Source of the DNA: Promethearchaeota archaeon
Lineage (GTDB): Archaea > Asgardarchaeota > Lokiarchaeia > Sigyniarchaeales > SOKP01
Length of the DNA: 64,000 nt
NCBI GenBank assembly: GCA_048940925.1
Contig: JBHLOC010000010.1
Location: 14,051-78,050, forward strand
Direction: 5' to 3'
This document shows, piece after piece, positions 41,903-53,108 of this stretch. The stretch's first letter is position 1; each line of letters starts with the position of its first letter. Both the position numbers and the translations under genes were made by a program. The notes beneath the pieces are model-generated. The model was given only the letters and a program-made list of their open reading frames with translations, was not told the origin of the DNA and did not search any database.

Positions 41903-42973
41903 TTATAATAGTAAATTCCAATTTATTTCCTTATCAATTAGATTGAGAACTTTTTCCATTTCATCTTCTTGAACCCCTGGTTGTACTCTTTCTAAGTTTC
42001 TCATTGTAGTATAAGTATCAGAAGGACTTAAGATAATAGGAATTCCTTTTTTGTTTGCTGCAGTAATTACACTCATATCAGGTTGAATAAAGCCCGTTAA
42101 AATCAACACTGAGACTTCTTGGTCAAGTGCAGCCATAGCTAAATCTGTACGATCTCCTCCCGTAATGACTGCTGCACGTTTAACTTGTCTTAAATATTTT
42201 AATGCTGCTTGAGCATTCATAGCACCGATAAGATATGTTTCAACAAGATTATTTAGACCTGCTACTGCTTGCTCATTTATTAATTCCCCTCCAATCTGTT
42301 CTTTGATTTCATTTACTCGGGGAGAAAATAATTCAATACTTTTTTCAATGATACCGAGAACAGGGATATTATAGCGAAATATATGTTCTTCTGTAAGCTC
42401 TTTAATCCTTGCGATGTATTCATAATCAATTTTATTGAAAATTATACCCATAATCTTAATATTTCTAAACTCAAAATAATTTTTAGTAAAAAAGAAATTG
42501 TCTATTCCTCGATCTGATGATTCTGTAGAAACATAGATTAATTCCTTAATTCCTAGAGCTTGCGCAATACTGACATCATCAATCCCAACTCTAATAAACT
42601 TTCTGATACTTGGATTACCCTCAATTATAACATAATCTACATCTTTTGTAATGTTTTTATATGCTTGTTTGATCTTTTGTAAAAATTCTACTTTTTTATT
42701 AGCATCAATCAAATCCACATAATATACGTCTGGAACTGATACAGGAGAAATAAAATCATAAGGATAATCTGTTTTATAAACAGTGTTTAAGATGAACCCG
42801 ACATCTGGATCTGCTTTATTTGTAAACGCACTTTTAGGAATGCCAATTGGTTTAAAATATACGAATTTTTTTCCTTCTCTTTTTAATTTTTGAATAAAAC
42901 CTATTGAGAGAAAGCTTTTTCCGGCCATTTCCTCTAAAGAACATAAATAAAAAGTTTTAACCATATTTTTCAC
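41903..42973 (-). CDS. BioD-like/DRTGG phosphotransacetylase-N-terminal family protein
   Basis: AGKS, YFKPIG, IGAM, ITGGDRTD, LILTG. Confidence 0.88.
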   Translation of the reverse strand: MKNMVKTFYLCSLEEMAGKSFLSIGFIQKLKREGKKFVYFKPIGIPKSAFTNKADPDVGFILNTVYKTDYPYDFISPVSVPDVYYVDLIDANKKVEFLQKIKQAYKNITKDVDYVIIEGNPSIRKFIRVGIDDVSIAQALGIKELIYVSTESSDRGIDNFFFTKNYFEFRNIKIMGIIFNKIDYEYIARIKELTEEHIFRYNIPVLGIIEKSIELFSPRVNEIKEQIGGELINEQAVAGLNNLVETYLIGAMNAQAALKYLRQVKRAAVITGGDRTDLAMAALDQEVSVLILTGFIQPDMSVITAANKKGIPIILSPSDTYTTMRNLERVQPGVQEDEMEKVLNLIDKEINWNLLL

Positions 42974-43031
42974 TTTTTCCTAACTTTTCTCTAATTTTAT
43001 TAAATTTTTTTATTATATTAACATAATTTAA

Positions 43032-45185
43032 TTATCTTTTTATTGTAATTTTTATATCTACTGCACTATAGCCTCTAATAAAAGCTAAAAGTGGATTAAT
43101 GTCTAATTCAACAATTTCTGGAAAATTATTTACCAGTTGAGCCAGTCTCATAAGAACATCAATTATCGCTTGTTTATCAGAAGGTGATTCTCCTCTAACA
43201 CCTTCTAATAAGCTATTAATTTTAGTAGATTCGATTAATTTTCTTGCATCATCTCTGGTAAATTTATAAGCTAAAGCAAAACCAACATCTTGAATAAAAT
43301 TTGCATATATTCCTCCCGTTCCAAACATTAGAAGAGGTCCAAATTGAGGATCTCGAGACATACCTATAATTAATTCATTCACCTTTGGTTGAGCTTTAAA
43401 ATCTATCATCTCTTGTACTTCTACACCATAAATTTTAGCATTTTGTGGACCGAATTTTTTTGCATTATTTACTATCTGTATATACGCTTCAAATGCATCT
43501 TGCTTAGTTTCTATGTTTAATAGGATTCCTCCAACATCAGTTTTATGAATTATTTGTGGACTAACTATCTTCATAACAGCTTTTCCAATTTCGGATTGTA
43601 ATTCCATTGCTTGTTTAGGAGTCTGAGCTAATCGAGATTTTGGGGACTTTATACCGTAACACTCAAAAACTTCACTTGTTTCATAGCTTAATAAGACAGT
43701 TCTTTCATCATTACGAACTTGAGAAAATATATCTTTTACTCGATTTTTATTTACTTTGAATGAAGGAAATTCTAACTCATTTAAAGGTGTTGTTTTCAAA
43801 AATTCATGCCGTTTTACCAAAGTCTTTAAGGCATGAGCTGCTTGGTCGGGAAATTGATAACAAGGAATATGATTCTGCTTTAAATAATCTCGACCCTCTG
43901 CAATAATTTTTCCTCCAATAAAGGAACATACAACTGGTTTTTCATTCAAATAATTATTTGAAATACTATGTACAAGCTTAGCAACTTCTGTTGGCTGGGT
44001 CTGGGCTTGTGGAGTCACTATAATTAAAGCACCATGGGTTCTGATCTCCCCGAAATTTTGTCCAGTATTTATACCAAAGACTGTTTTAATTGTAAATTCA
44101 TACCGCGAAGGAGGAGCGTCTCCTACAATATCAATAGGATTAAAAATAGCTGCTTCTACAGGTAGATTTTCTCGTAATAAATGAAGAATAGGCTCAGAAA
44201 AACTAGCAAATTTTAATTTCTCACGTTCAAAAGCATCAGTAGCAACTATTCCAGGACCTCCTGCGTTAGTAATTATTGTGAAAGAATTTTCTTTTGGAAT
44301 AGGTTGATATAAAAATATCTCACCATAATCGAATAGGTCTTCGATTGTTTTAGCTCTTATAACTCCACATTTTTCAAATGCTAAATCATATGCAATATCT
44401 GCTCCTGCCAAAGCTCCAGTGTGGCTTGATGCTGCTCTTGCCCCAGCTTCACTTACTCCAGATTTTAATACTACAATCGGTTTTTTTCTTGTTGCTTCTG
44501 GTAAAATTTCTAAAAAACGATCTCCATCCTTTATACTTTCTAAGTAACAGAGTATAACCTTGGTATTTTCATCATTTGCTAAATACTCAATAAAATCGAC
44601 TGCTCCTAAATCCGCTTTATTTCCTAAACTGATATTACATGAAAATCCAAACGTTTGAGTCAATGAATAATCCATCATCCCAGTAAGCATAGCTCCTGAT
44701 TGTGAAATCATTGCAATTTCCCCTTTTTTCGGAGTCTCAGCTGCGAATGAACCATTGTAATTAACCCCTATAAAACCTAAGCAGTTAGGCCCTAGGATCC
44801 GCATATTATATTTTCTACCAATATTAACGAGCTGCTCTTCCCTTTTTACTCCTTCTCCCCCAACTTCCTTAAAACCTGCTGAGATAACTATTATTCCCTT
44901 AACCCTTTTTCTGCCACATTCTTCCGCTGCTTTATTTACAAATTTATTGGGTATTACAAAAATAGCTATGTCGATATCTTCTGGAACACTTAAAATATTA
45001 TCGAAACAGGGAAGATCACAAATTATATCTGCCTTAGGATTTATAGGAAAAATCTTTCCGTTATATCCAGAATTTATAATATTAGTTAAAACTGTATTAC
45101 CTACTTTCCCTTTCGTAGAACTAGCACCAATTACTGCAATGCTTTTAGGGTTGAAAAAGTATGAAAGATTAGGATTCTTCGACAT
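43032..45185 (-). CDS. ADP-forming acetate-CoA ligase, alpha-beta fusion
   Basis: FFNPKSIAVIGAS, GPNCLG, SQSGA, SHTGALAG, NPIDIVGDA, HKTDVGG, ELDINPL; ATG 45185 preferred. Confidence 0.92.
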   Translation of the reverse strand: MSKNPNLSYFFNPKSIAVIGASSTKGKVGNTVLTNIINSGYNGKIFPINPKADIICDLPCFDNILSVPEDIDIAIFVIPNKFVNKAAEECGRKRVKGIIVISAGFKEVGGEGVKREEQLVNIGRKYNMRILGPNCLGFIGVNYNGSFAAETPKKGEIAMISQSGAMLTGMMDYSLTQTFGFSCNISLGNKADLGAVDFIEYLANDENTKVILCYLESIKDGDRFLEILPEATRKKPIVVLKSGVSEAGARAASSHTGALAGADIAYDLAFEKCGVIRAKTIEDLFDYGEIFLYQPIPKENSFTIITNAGGPGIVATDAFEREKLKFASFSEPILHLLRENLPVEAAIFNPIDIVGDAPPSRYEFTIKTVFGINTGQNFGEIRTHGALIIVTPQAQTQPTEVAKLVHSISNNYLNEKPVVCSFIGGKIIAEGRDYLKQNHIPCYQFPDQAAHALKTLVKRHEFLKTTPLNELEFPSFKVNKNRVKDIFSQVRNDERTVLLSYETSEVFECYGIKSPKSRLAQTPKQAMELQSEIGKAVMKIVSPQIIHKTDVGGILLNIETKQDAFEAYIQIVNNAKKFGPQNAKIYGVEVQEMIDFKAQPKVNELIIGMSRDPQFGPLLMFGTGGIYANFIQDVGFALAYKFTRDDARKLIESTKINSLLEGVRGESPSDKQAIIDVLMRLAQLVNNFPEIVELDINPLLAFIRGYSAVDIKITIKR

Positions 45186-45387
45186 TATGAAGGGATATTG
45201 TAAGATTATACTATTATAAAATTGTATTGTAACTATAACTTTCAATCTTATTAAACTTTTATGTACTTCTTCTTTTCTTACCACAGCTATGCATTTTATT
45301 ACTCAATTTTCTGCTATTATCTCAATTCAGAATCTTTCATTAAGTTTAAAATCAAATAATACAATTAAGAATTAAAAAAAAAAGAAT

Positions 45388-48084
45388 TTATTTAATTAAT
45401 TTAAAGCGTTTTCTAATTAGAATTATAGCAGCTATGGATATTAATCCTATTATGATATAGAGATTATAGCTAGGTATCCCACCTCCACCTCCTGGAATCT
45501 CTTCGCTAGATAACGTAAAATTTGAACTTTCATCGTAGGTGTCAGGATTCGCAACATCACTAATTTTAATCTGATAATCAATTCCATCTTCCAAATCTGT
45601 TGGAATATCCCATGTGTAAGACCCATCATTATCTGTGCTTGCCACGATTTCTAATACAAACTCTCCATCCTTTAAGAGCTCGATTTTTACATCCGAAATG
45701 CTACCTGTCGAAGTCCAAGTAATATCTTGTGAAGTACCCATTTCCCACACAGTAAGGCTTTCAGGACTAGTGATAGTGAGAGAATCTACTTCTGGAGTAG
45801 TGAAAATTTCGAAATTTTCACTGAGATCGTGAGTTTCAGGATTAGTGACATCGCTAACCTTTATCTGATAATTAACAGAATCATCGAGTCCTGAGGGTAT
45901 TGACCAGAGATATTCACCATCGTTATCTGTGCTTGCCACGATTTCTAGTTCAAACACACCATCCTTAAAGAGTTCAATTTTTATATTAGAAATAGTTCCT
46001 GTTGATATCCAAGTGATAGATTGATCCGTATCTGTTTCCCAAGAACTTAAACTATCAGGTTTGGTAATGGTAAGAGAGTCTGGTATGTAATAACTAAACT
46101 CTACATTAGTATAACTGAAGTTAAATGAGCAAATAGCACCCTGATCATTAATAAACGTTCCATTTAACAATATACCCGTACTTTTTTCATACCATACAGT
46201 TTCTCCTGGAATAGTTAAATCTTCCAAAACCCATACCTCTACTGCACCATAACCTGGAAGATCATAAATCAATTCACCACTAACATTGAATATATGTTCA
46301 TAACCCCACAAAAGACCAATGGGGACATTATCACCTAGAGAAATATCGGTAAATATCCACCCAGGATCATGAGTTCCACTCCCTAATAACGCTTTCCCCG
46401 ATACACCTGTCATAATTCTTGTAGTGCAGTCTACATTGTAATAAGTAAAATAATCATATCCCTCATCCAGTAAAATAACCCACCACTCGCCATCAAATAT
46501 TGTTCCAAAGTTAAAGAAATATTGAAAATGAGAATATCCCATATATTCGGGACCTCCAGATTGGAACATAAAAGTATAATTCGTAAACATACCATTGAAT
46601 AATTGGCCTTCAATAAGGTATATTATCTCAGTTATGAAATTGTTTTCAGTATTAGTTTCACTAGGCAACGGGGGAGTGTATGCAGTAAAATTATAGCTTC
46701 TATATTCTGTAGGTGTCCACATATAATTGATTGTTTCACTGGCACCAACAGGAAGGTTTGGAATAGTGATTGATTCAACAATAGTTTCATCGAGATATAA
46801 TAATAAATCAACATTAACATCATCGGATGTACCAATATTATTAACTGTTGCATTGATCATGTAAGACATACCTATCTCAGGATTGCTGGGAGCCTCTATA
46901 GAAACACTTAAATCATGTAAAGGACCTTTGATGACCAATTCATATGGATATGGTGGAGAGGCACTTCCTTTATCAAATTCGTAAGGTAACCTTAAGTAAC
47001 TGAGATATTGCCCATCCGGTGATAGATTTGGGATTTCATCGAGATAAGGCCCATCTGTCAATTGTTCAATTCCAGTACCATCTACTTTTATTTTGAATAT
47101 ATGCATGTTGCCGTCTGCTCGGTCACTGCCCATTAATAGTCCTTGCACATCACTAGGATCATAATTATAGTGCCTATTAATAAAATCATCATCAATAACA
47201 GTTACCTGTGTCATACTCGTTCCATCTATATCAATCGCATATATATTATCATTTTCAGTCCAAACAACTGTATTTCCATCAGCTAGTACCTGCATTGCAA
47301 TTACCGACGAAAAAGCTTTAATCGTAGACTTACCTGAACCATCAACATTGCAACATTTATGAGTAGTAGGATTACCAAAATATGTTTGTGCCCCCCATAA
47401 AAGTTTATTACCTGTTGGTGATAAAGTAACTCTCCAGGTATAATCAGGAGAGGAAATTGAATATCGACTATAACTGCCATCATCAGTACATACAAAAGTT
47501 TGCCACCATCCACCACCTGTGTTGGCGTGAAAATATACTAAGTTCGTTCCTGGAATGAATCTCCCCCATCCTACGTTCCCAGTAGCTCCTCCAGTGGATC
47601 CTGGACCACTACTTCGACTAAAAGTTACCTGTGTCATACTCGTTCCATCATACTTTATTTTCCAAAGTTCATTCCGACCATAATATGAAGCGGGAGTGCC
47701 TTCCTCACGTCGTATTCTATAAAGAATCCAGTCATCCTTCCAGTCTAATAAACCATTATACTCTACCTCAGAGGATATCGGTTGGTGATTAATGAGTTCA
47801 GCGGTAAAAGGATCTTTTTCTGCGACCCAGAGTTCACAATTCCACTGCTCCAAATTTGGACTCTTTACATACGCAATTTTAGTTCCATCTGGTGACCAAA
47901 CATGGCCAGTTACATTTGCGATGGTATAAAAGTCTTGACTTAAGTTGGGATTTTTTAAAGTAGGTTGACTATTAGCGTCAAATTTTCCTTGAAAATTACT
48001 GATATTTGTAAAGAAAAGCATAGAAAATCCTAAGAAAACACTTAGAGTACATAGAAATATCTTCTGTTTTCTTATATTTTTCAT
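45388..48084 (-). CDS. Cell-surface protein: TolB-like beta-propeller, CARDB/Ig domain, two tandem Ser/Thr-rich Ig-like repeats, C-terminal sorting signal
   Basis: WSPDGTKIAY and LSPDGQYL; HDLSVSI..P...ETNTENN; two ITW.STG.IS..KIEL.KDG repeats; tail IPSYNLY-TM-RKRFK. Confidence 0.85.
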   Translation of the reverse strand: MKNIRKQKIFLCTLSVFLGFSMLFFTNISNFQGKFDANSQPTLKNPNLSQDFYTIANVTGHVWSPDGTKIAYVKSPNLEQWNCELWVAEKDPFTAELINHQPISSEVEYNGLLDWKDDWILYRIRREEGTPASYYGRNELWKIKYDGTSMTQVTFSRSSGPGSTGGATGNVGWGRFIPGTNLVYFHANTGGGWWQTFVCTDDGSYSRYSISSPDYTWRVTLSPTGNKLLWGAQTYFGNPTTHKCCNVDGSGKSTIKAFSSVIAMQVLADGNTVVWTENDNIYAIDIDGTSMTQVTVIDDDFINRHYNYDPSDVQGLLMGSDRADGNMHIFKIKVDGTGIEQLTDGPYLDEIPNLSPDGQYLSYLRLPYEFDKGSASPPYPYELVIKGPLHDLSVSIEAPSNPEIGMSYMINATVNNIGTSDDVNVDLLLYLDETIVESITIPNLPVGASETINYMWTPTEYRSYNFTAYTPPLPSETNTENNFITEIIYLIEGQLFNGMFTNYTFMFQSGGPEYMGYSHFQYFFNFGTIFDGEWWVILLDEGYDYFTYYNVDCTTRIMTGVSGKALLGSGTHDPGWIFTDISLGDNVPIGLLWGYEHIFNVSGELIYDLPGYGAVEVWVLEDLTIPGETVWYEKSTGILLNGTFINDQGAICSFNFSYTNVEFSYYIPDSLTITKPDSLSSWETDTDQSITWISTGTISNIKIELFKDGVFELEIVASTDNDGEYLWSIPSGLDDSVNYQIKVSDVTNPETHDLSENFEIFTTPEVDSLTITSPESLTVWEMGTSQDITWTSTGSISDVKIELLKDGEFVLEIVASTDNDGSYTWDIPTDLEDGIDYQIKISDVANPDTYDESSNFTLSSEEIPGGGGGIPSYNLYIIIGLISIAAIILIRKRFKLIK
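47200..47649. repeat. Exact 27-bp direct repeat (47200-47226 and 47623-47649) inside the propeller gene
   Basis: AGTTACCTGTGTCATACTCGTTCCATC occurs twice, encoding DGTSMTQVT. Confidence 0.9.
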
Positions 48085-48260
48085 TTAAATTTCGCCTAAT
48101 AGGTATATATTAACATACAAAAATATTATTATCTTATATTTAACTTTTATCTCACTAAATAATTTACCAAATATATGTCAATACTAATTAGTCGAAAATG
48201 ATGATTAAAAAGAGGTGCTAAAACCAAAATAATTAAAATTATTTTATATTCTTCTCTTGT

Positions 48261-48737
48261 ATGACGCAAATTATTATGGTTACAAATAAAGGGGAAATTA
48301 ATCTTAACTTATTTGATGACGATGCACCGATGACAGTTGCAAGTTTTCTGCATTTAGTAAACCAAGGATTTTATAATGGAATAATATTTCATCGAGTAAT
48401 TTCAGATTTCATGATTCAGGGTGGTGATCCGCTTGGAAAAGGATATGGAGGCCCAAAAGAAAAGGGTATAACTTCATTTCCATATAAAGGGCAAAATATT
48501 AGTTATCCTTTTCAAGACGAGTTTCAAAGTGGGAGGAAATTTGATAAGCCAGGCATACTAGCGATGGCTAACGCTGGTCCTAATACAAATGGATCACAAT
48601 TTTTTATTACTCATGTCCCTACGCCTCATCTTAATAATGCCCATACAATTTTTGGGGAAGTAATTAGCAACGCAGATCAAGCAGTAGTTGATTCAATCAG
48701 ACAGGGAGATAAAATTCTTGAAATAAAAATAATTTAG
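48261..48737 (+). CDS. Cyclophilin-type peptidyl-prolyl isomerase
   Basis: FHRVISDFMIQGGDP, LAMANAGPNTNGSQFFIT, HTIFGEV. Confidence 0.96.
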   Translation: MTQIIMVTNKGEINLNLFDDDAPMTVASFLHLVNQGFYNGIIFHRVISDFMIQGGDPLGKGYGGPKEKGITSFPYKGQNISYPFQDEFQSGRKFDKPGILAMANAGPNTNGSQFFITHVPTPHLNNAHTIFGEVISNADQAVVDSIRQGDKILEIKII

Positions 48738-48920
48738 ATCTTAATTTAGGAAAATTCTTTTACCCTTTTTTCTTTTCTTTCTCTTTAATTTCATAGAATT
48801 AATCTTTTATACTAATTAGAGTGGTATAAGGAAATTAAATATTTATAGATATTATAGATATTAATATAATAGAAGATCGTATTTATCATACAAAATTAAA
48901 TTAGTTGAAATTGTTAGGAA

Positions 48921-50306
48921 ATGAGTCGAGATTTAAAAGATTTAATAGATTCTGTTGAACAAAAAACAAAATCACAAGCTGAATTAGAAGCAACTATTAA
49001 TTCTTTAAAAGAGAAAATAAATAAATTGAATTTTACAATTAAAGAGCAACAATTATTAATAGAAAATCAACAGAGTCAAATAAAATCTGATCACGCTAAT
49101 CTCCCAAGCGAAGTTGAAATATTAAAGGACACCATAATTTTCCAGAGAGATGAATTAACCAGAAGAGATGATGAAATAAACGCATTGAACGAAAGAATTG
49201 ATGAATTAAATGATCAGTTAAGCGGATCTGACAAAGGGGATCAAATTTCTAAAGATAAAGAAGAATTAATTAATGCACAAAAGCTAATTATCCAATTAAC
49301 GGAAGAAAATGAGCAAGAGAAAAGTAATGTTGAAGAATTAAAATCACATATTGAAAAATTACAAACCGAGATAAAAGAATTACAACAAATACCTTTTAAC
49401 AATACCCCAAAAGAAGAAAATGAAGAATTACTAAATGTTAAAAAACTAAATTTTCAATTGATGGAAGAAAATGGCTTATTGCGCGTTGAAATTGAATCTT
49501 TAAAAAATCAACTCCAAGAAGATATTGAAGCAAAAAACCAATATGAAGTAAAATTAGCAAATAAGAAAATTGAACTATTATCTTTAGAATTAGAAGATTC
49601 TAAGAAACTTGTAAATTATTTACAAGAAGAATTAGAAGCAAGTAATGAATTATCTAATGAAATAACGACTAATAAAGAAGAACTACAGGCTTTAAATGAT
49701 ACTTTAATACAATATCAAGATGAGAATCAACAACTTAATAATACAGTTCTCAAACTAAAAGAAGAATTAAATGCTACTATCGAATTATCTAAAGAGTTAG
49801 TTTCTAATAAAGAAGAAATAAAAAATTTAAGAGATTCTTTATCAAGGTATAAAGATGAGAATAAAAAGCTCAATGAACAGGTTCTCAAATTAAGAAACGA
49901 TATTTCACTGAAATTTAAAGAAGAAATATCTAAATTACCTATAGCCCATTATTTCCCAAATTGTTTTCAAATATCTCTTTTAAAACAAATGTATTATCTT
50001 TTAGATGAAAATAATAAAGAATCAATAATTAGTCTACTTATTAGAGATTTAAATAGTAATAACATTGACATAAAAAGATTTGCTATTAGAATTCTAAGTG
50101 AAATAAAAGATGATAGGATTTATAATGCGTTTCTTGAAATGATTCATGATCAAGATTGGTTGGTTAGATATAATTTAATTAAGGCTCTTAATAAATTTGA
50201 AATAAAAGATGATAAATTTGAAGAATTGTTGAAAAAACTCTCTAAAGATATAGATGTAGATGTTCGGGAACTTGCAATTAAGATGTTAAATGATATCTCT
50301 CAATAA
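48921..50306 (+). CDS. Long coiled-coil protein with C-terminal HEAT repeats
   Basis: Heptad-rich body; DQDWLVRYN and DIDVDVRELA. Confidence 0.8.
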   Translation: MSRDLKDLIDSVEQKTKSQAELEATINSLKEKINKLNFTIKEQQLLIENQQSQIKSDHANLPSEVEILKDTIIFQRDELTRRDDEINALNERIDELNDQLSGSDKGDQISKDKEELINAQKLIIQLTEENEQEKSNVEELKSHIEKLQTEIKELQQIPFNNTPKEENEELLNVKKLNFQLMEENGLLRVEIESLKNQLQEDIEAKNQYEVKLANKKIELLSLELEDSKKLVNYLQEELEASNELSNEITTNKEELQALNDTLIQYQDENQQLNNTVLKLKEELNATIELSKELVSNKEEIKNLRDSLSRYKDENKKLNEQVLKLRNDISLKFKEEISKLPIAHYFPNCFQISLLKQMYYLLDENNKESIISLLIRDLNSNNIDIKRFAIRILSEIKDDRIYNAFLEMIHDQDWLVRYNLIKALNKFEIKDDKFEELLKKLSKDIDVDVRELAIKMLNDISQ

Positions 50307-50356
50307 TTTTAACTTAATTTTGTTTTCAATCCAAACTGTATATATCAAATTAAAAG

Positions 50357-51121
50357 CTATGGTAAATACTCCTTAAGTTTACTCTTAGAAAGATAATCTG
50401 CTAAGTATAATGGTTCTGGTTGTCTATGCTTTTTCGCTGTATTTAAACAAACATTTACAGCAGTTTCGATAGTGACTTTATAACCTTCACTTATGAAGAC
50501 TGGTTTAGAATTATCTTTTAAACAAACGGCATATCCTAGCAGTTCGTTTGAAATGTTATTAAGAGTGATATTTGGATTTCTAGCCCAAATTGGAGCTTTA
50601 TTACCTTTAAATTTCTCAATATCGTTCCAATTGGAAAAACCAATAAAAGGATTTTTAGCAACACCTATGCTAGGAATATTTAGAGCTAAACCAAGATGGA
50701 CTGCCTCTCCAAATCGTCTAGGATGAATCTTCCCATGACCATCGCACATTATAAGATCTGGTTTATTTGAAAGTTTTAAAATTGCTTTTGCTATAAGTTT
50801 ACATTCTCTAAATCCTAAAAAGCCTGATTTATAAGGAAATTTGACGATACCATGACAAAAGTCATAAGTTTCCATTTGTTCATTTTTAATATTCCACCCT
50901 ACTGCACATGCTACTCCATATTCATCCTTTCTTCTGATATAATATGAAATGTCTACTCCAGCAATCATAGTTATATCTTCAATGTTGCTAAATTTCTTAT
51001 CTAATTGAATTTTTTTAAGAATATTTTTATATTTGATTTGAAGTGACTTTGCCTGCTCAAATGAATAATCTTCTCTTAATAACTCATGCTTTCTTAGCAT
51101 TCTAAAACTATTAATATACAA
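50357..51121 (-). CDS. nfi: Endonuclease V
   Basis: AGVDISY, FPYKSGFLGFRE, MCDGHGKIHPRRFG, IGVAK, PEPL. Confidence 0.93.
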   Translation of the reverse strand: MYINSFRMLRKHELLREDYSFEQAKSLQIKYKNILKKIQLDKKFSNIEDITMIAGVDISYYIRRKDEYGVACAVGWNIKNEQMETYDFCHGIVKFPYKSGFLGFRECKLIAKAILKLSNKPDLIMCDGHGKIHPRRFGEAVHLGLALNIPSIGVAKNPFIGFSNWNDIEKFKGNKAPIWARNPNITLNNISNELLGYAVCLKDNSKPVFISEGYKVTIETAVNVCLNTAKKHRQPEPLYLADYLSKSKLKEYLP

Positions 51122-51253
51122 ACTTTATTTATTATTAAATTGATACCTTTTAATATTATTTTAGATTCGCGATTTAAATTAAACAATTTATAGTTATAAA
51201 TAAAAAATTTACAAAAAATAAAATATATTTATTATCAAATAAAAAAAATCGAG

Positions 51254-52066
51254 TTGACAAAAATGAAGATTGCAGTTAGTGGAAAGGGTGGAGTTGGTAA
51301 AACTTTAATAGCTGGAACTTTAGCAAGATTATTTGCCAAAGAGGGGTTCAATGTTTTGGCGATAGATAATGATTCTGCAATGAATTTAAGTTATACTTTA
51401 GGAATTAGTCAAGAAATAAAAGAAAAAATCATACCAATCTCTGAAATGAAAAGCCTTGTAGAAGAGAGAGTTTCTATAAAAGGAGCGGGGTCTGGGATTT
51501 ATAATATTAACCCAAAAGTATCTGATATTCCAGATAAATATAAAGTAAGAGGTCCAGATGGTTTACAACTTTTAGTACTCGGTTCTATTGAAGAACCTGC
51601 TACAGGATGTTTATGCCCTGAAAATGCGCTAATAAGAACACTATTATATAACTTGTTTGTTAAAAGAGATGAAGTTATAATTGTTGATTTTGAAGCAGGA
51701 CTAGAACATCTCGGGAGAGGAACAGCAAAAGGTATAGACGTAATGTTAGTAATAACTGAACCTTCTCAAAAATCATTAGACTTATGCGCCAAGATAATTA
51801 ATCTATCAAAAAAATTAGGAATTATCAATATATTTTTGATTGCTAACAAGGTTTTTGATGAGTCACAATTAGAAATTATAAATCAAAGAGTTCAAAAATG
51901 GGGAGTTCCTCTTTATCATACAATTCCTTTTGATTCTGAGATAGGAATAGCTGATTTAAAAGGTGAATCTCCTATCGATTTTAATCCTGATTCTAAAGGA
52001 CTAGGCTCAATAAAATCACTTTATTCAAAATTAAAGCGATTAAAAGATGAATTGTTTGATTTATAG
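51254..52066 (+). CDS. cooC: CooC/AcsF-type nickel-insertion ATPase
   Basis: KIAVSGKGGVGKT, GCLCPEN, DFEAGLEHLGRG. Confidence 0.9.
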   Translation: MTKMKIAVSGKGGVGKTLIAGTLARLFAKEGFNVLAIDNDSAMNLSYTLGISQEIKEKIIPISEMKSLVEERVSIKGAGSGIYNINPKVSDIPDKYKVRGPDGLQLLVLGSIEEPATGCLCPENALIRTLLYNLFVKRDEVIIVDFEAGLEHLGRGTAKGIDVMLVITEPSQKSLDLCAKIINLSKKLGIINIFLIANKVFDESQLEIINQRVQKWGVPLYHTIPFDSEIGIADLKGESPIDFNPDSKGLGSIKSLYSKLKRLKDELFDL

Positions 52067-52303
52067 TATATCATTTATATCCATATCTAACTCTTCAGAC
52101 ATTTCTTTCCACTGTTCTATTGCTTCTAATGCTTCTTTTTCATTCATCATCTCGATGGCATAGCCTGCATGGACTATTACAAATTTCCCTATCTCTGGAT
52201 TTTGAATTAAAGCTATAATTACTTTCTGCTTGATCCCATCAAAATCTACTAATGCTGAATTTCCAGTTATTTCTAAGATTTTTCCTGGGATTGCTAGGCA
52301 CAT
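52061..52303 (-). CDS. hypC: Hydrogenase maturation chaperone HypC
   Basis: MCLAIPGK, VIVHAGYAI. Confidence 0.96.
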   Translation of the reverse strand: MCLAIPGKILEITGNSALVDFDGIKQKVIIALIQNPEIGKFVIVHAGYAIEMMNEKEALEAIEQWKEMSEELDMDINDIL

Positions 52304-52478
52304 TTTATTAAATTAGCAAATTAGAATTAATTATATATAGTAATATTGGGAGTTAAATAAAATTAATGAATACTTAAGATAAGAGAAGGGAAGTTTTTAA
52401 TTTGAAGGATTATAGAATTAAAATCAGCTTATTTAATTAATTTTAGAAATAATCTATTCCAAAAAGTGAAAATTTAAA

Positions 52479-53027
52479 ATGTTTCTAGATAAATTAAAAG
52501 AATTCCCAAAAGATAAAATTCTAATTTTAGCTACATTAATTTGTCTTTTAATTGTTCTATTAATTGAATTTTTAGTATTTATGAATATTGAAACCCCTAC
52601 CTATGGAATTTTGGATTTCGAATTCGCATGGACACAGAATAGAGTAGAGACAATTTTAACCGCGTGGGGTACTGAGGGTATGAATAACCAGACCATAGCA
52701 ATTTATTGGGATTTTTTATTTATAATTGGTTATGCTCCATTAACTTTTTGTTTAATAATATTAATATTGCGGAGATCAAGTGAAAAAGTCCAGCAAATTG
52801 GACTATATATGTCAATAACTGCAATTCTCACAGGAATCTTTGATGTAATAGAAAATATTAATCTTCTTGCAATGCTTGAGACCCCTACCTCTATAGCTGC
52901 TACAAATGCCTTTGTTGCATCCTTTTTTGCAACATTAAAATTTGGGCTATTATTTGCTGGAATTATTTATTTCATTATAGCAGTAATACTTTTCGTAATT
53001 AATAAAGTAAGAGAGCGAAATAACTAA
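52479..53027 (+). CDS. 4-TM membrane protein
   Basis: ILDFEFAW, DFLFIIGY, FDVIEN; hydrophobic segments. Confidence 0.75.
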   Translation: MFLDKLKEFPKDKILILATLICLLIVLLIEFLVFMNIETPTYGILDFEFAWTQNRVETILTAWGTEGMNNQTIAIYWDFLFIIGYAPLTFCLIILILRRSSEKVQQIGLYMSITAILTGIFDVIENINLLAMLETPTSIAATNAFVASFFATLKFGLLFAGIIYFIIAVILFVINKVRERNN

Positions 53028-53108
53028 TCTCTATTTTTTTTAAATAGAAAGGAGAGAAGAGTGAAAAAAGCAAGGAAGTTAAACGAAAATTTAAATTATA
53101 TTTCTGAT

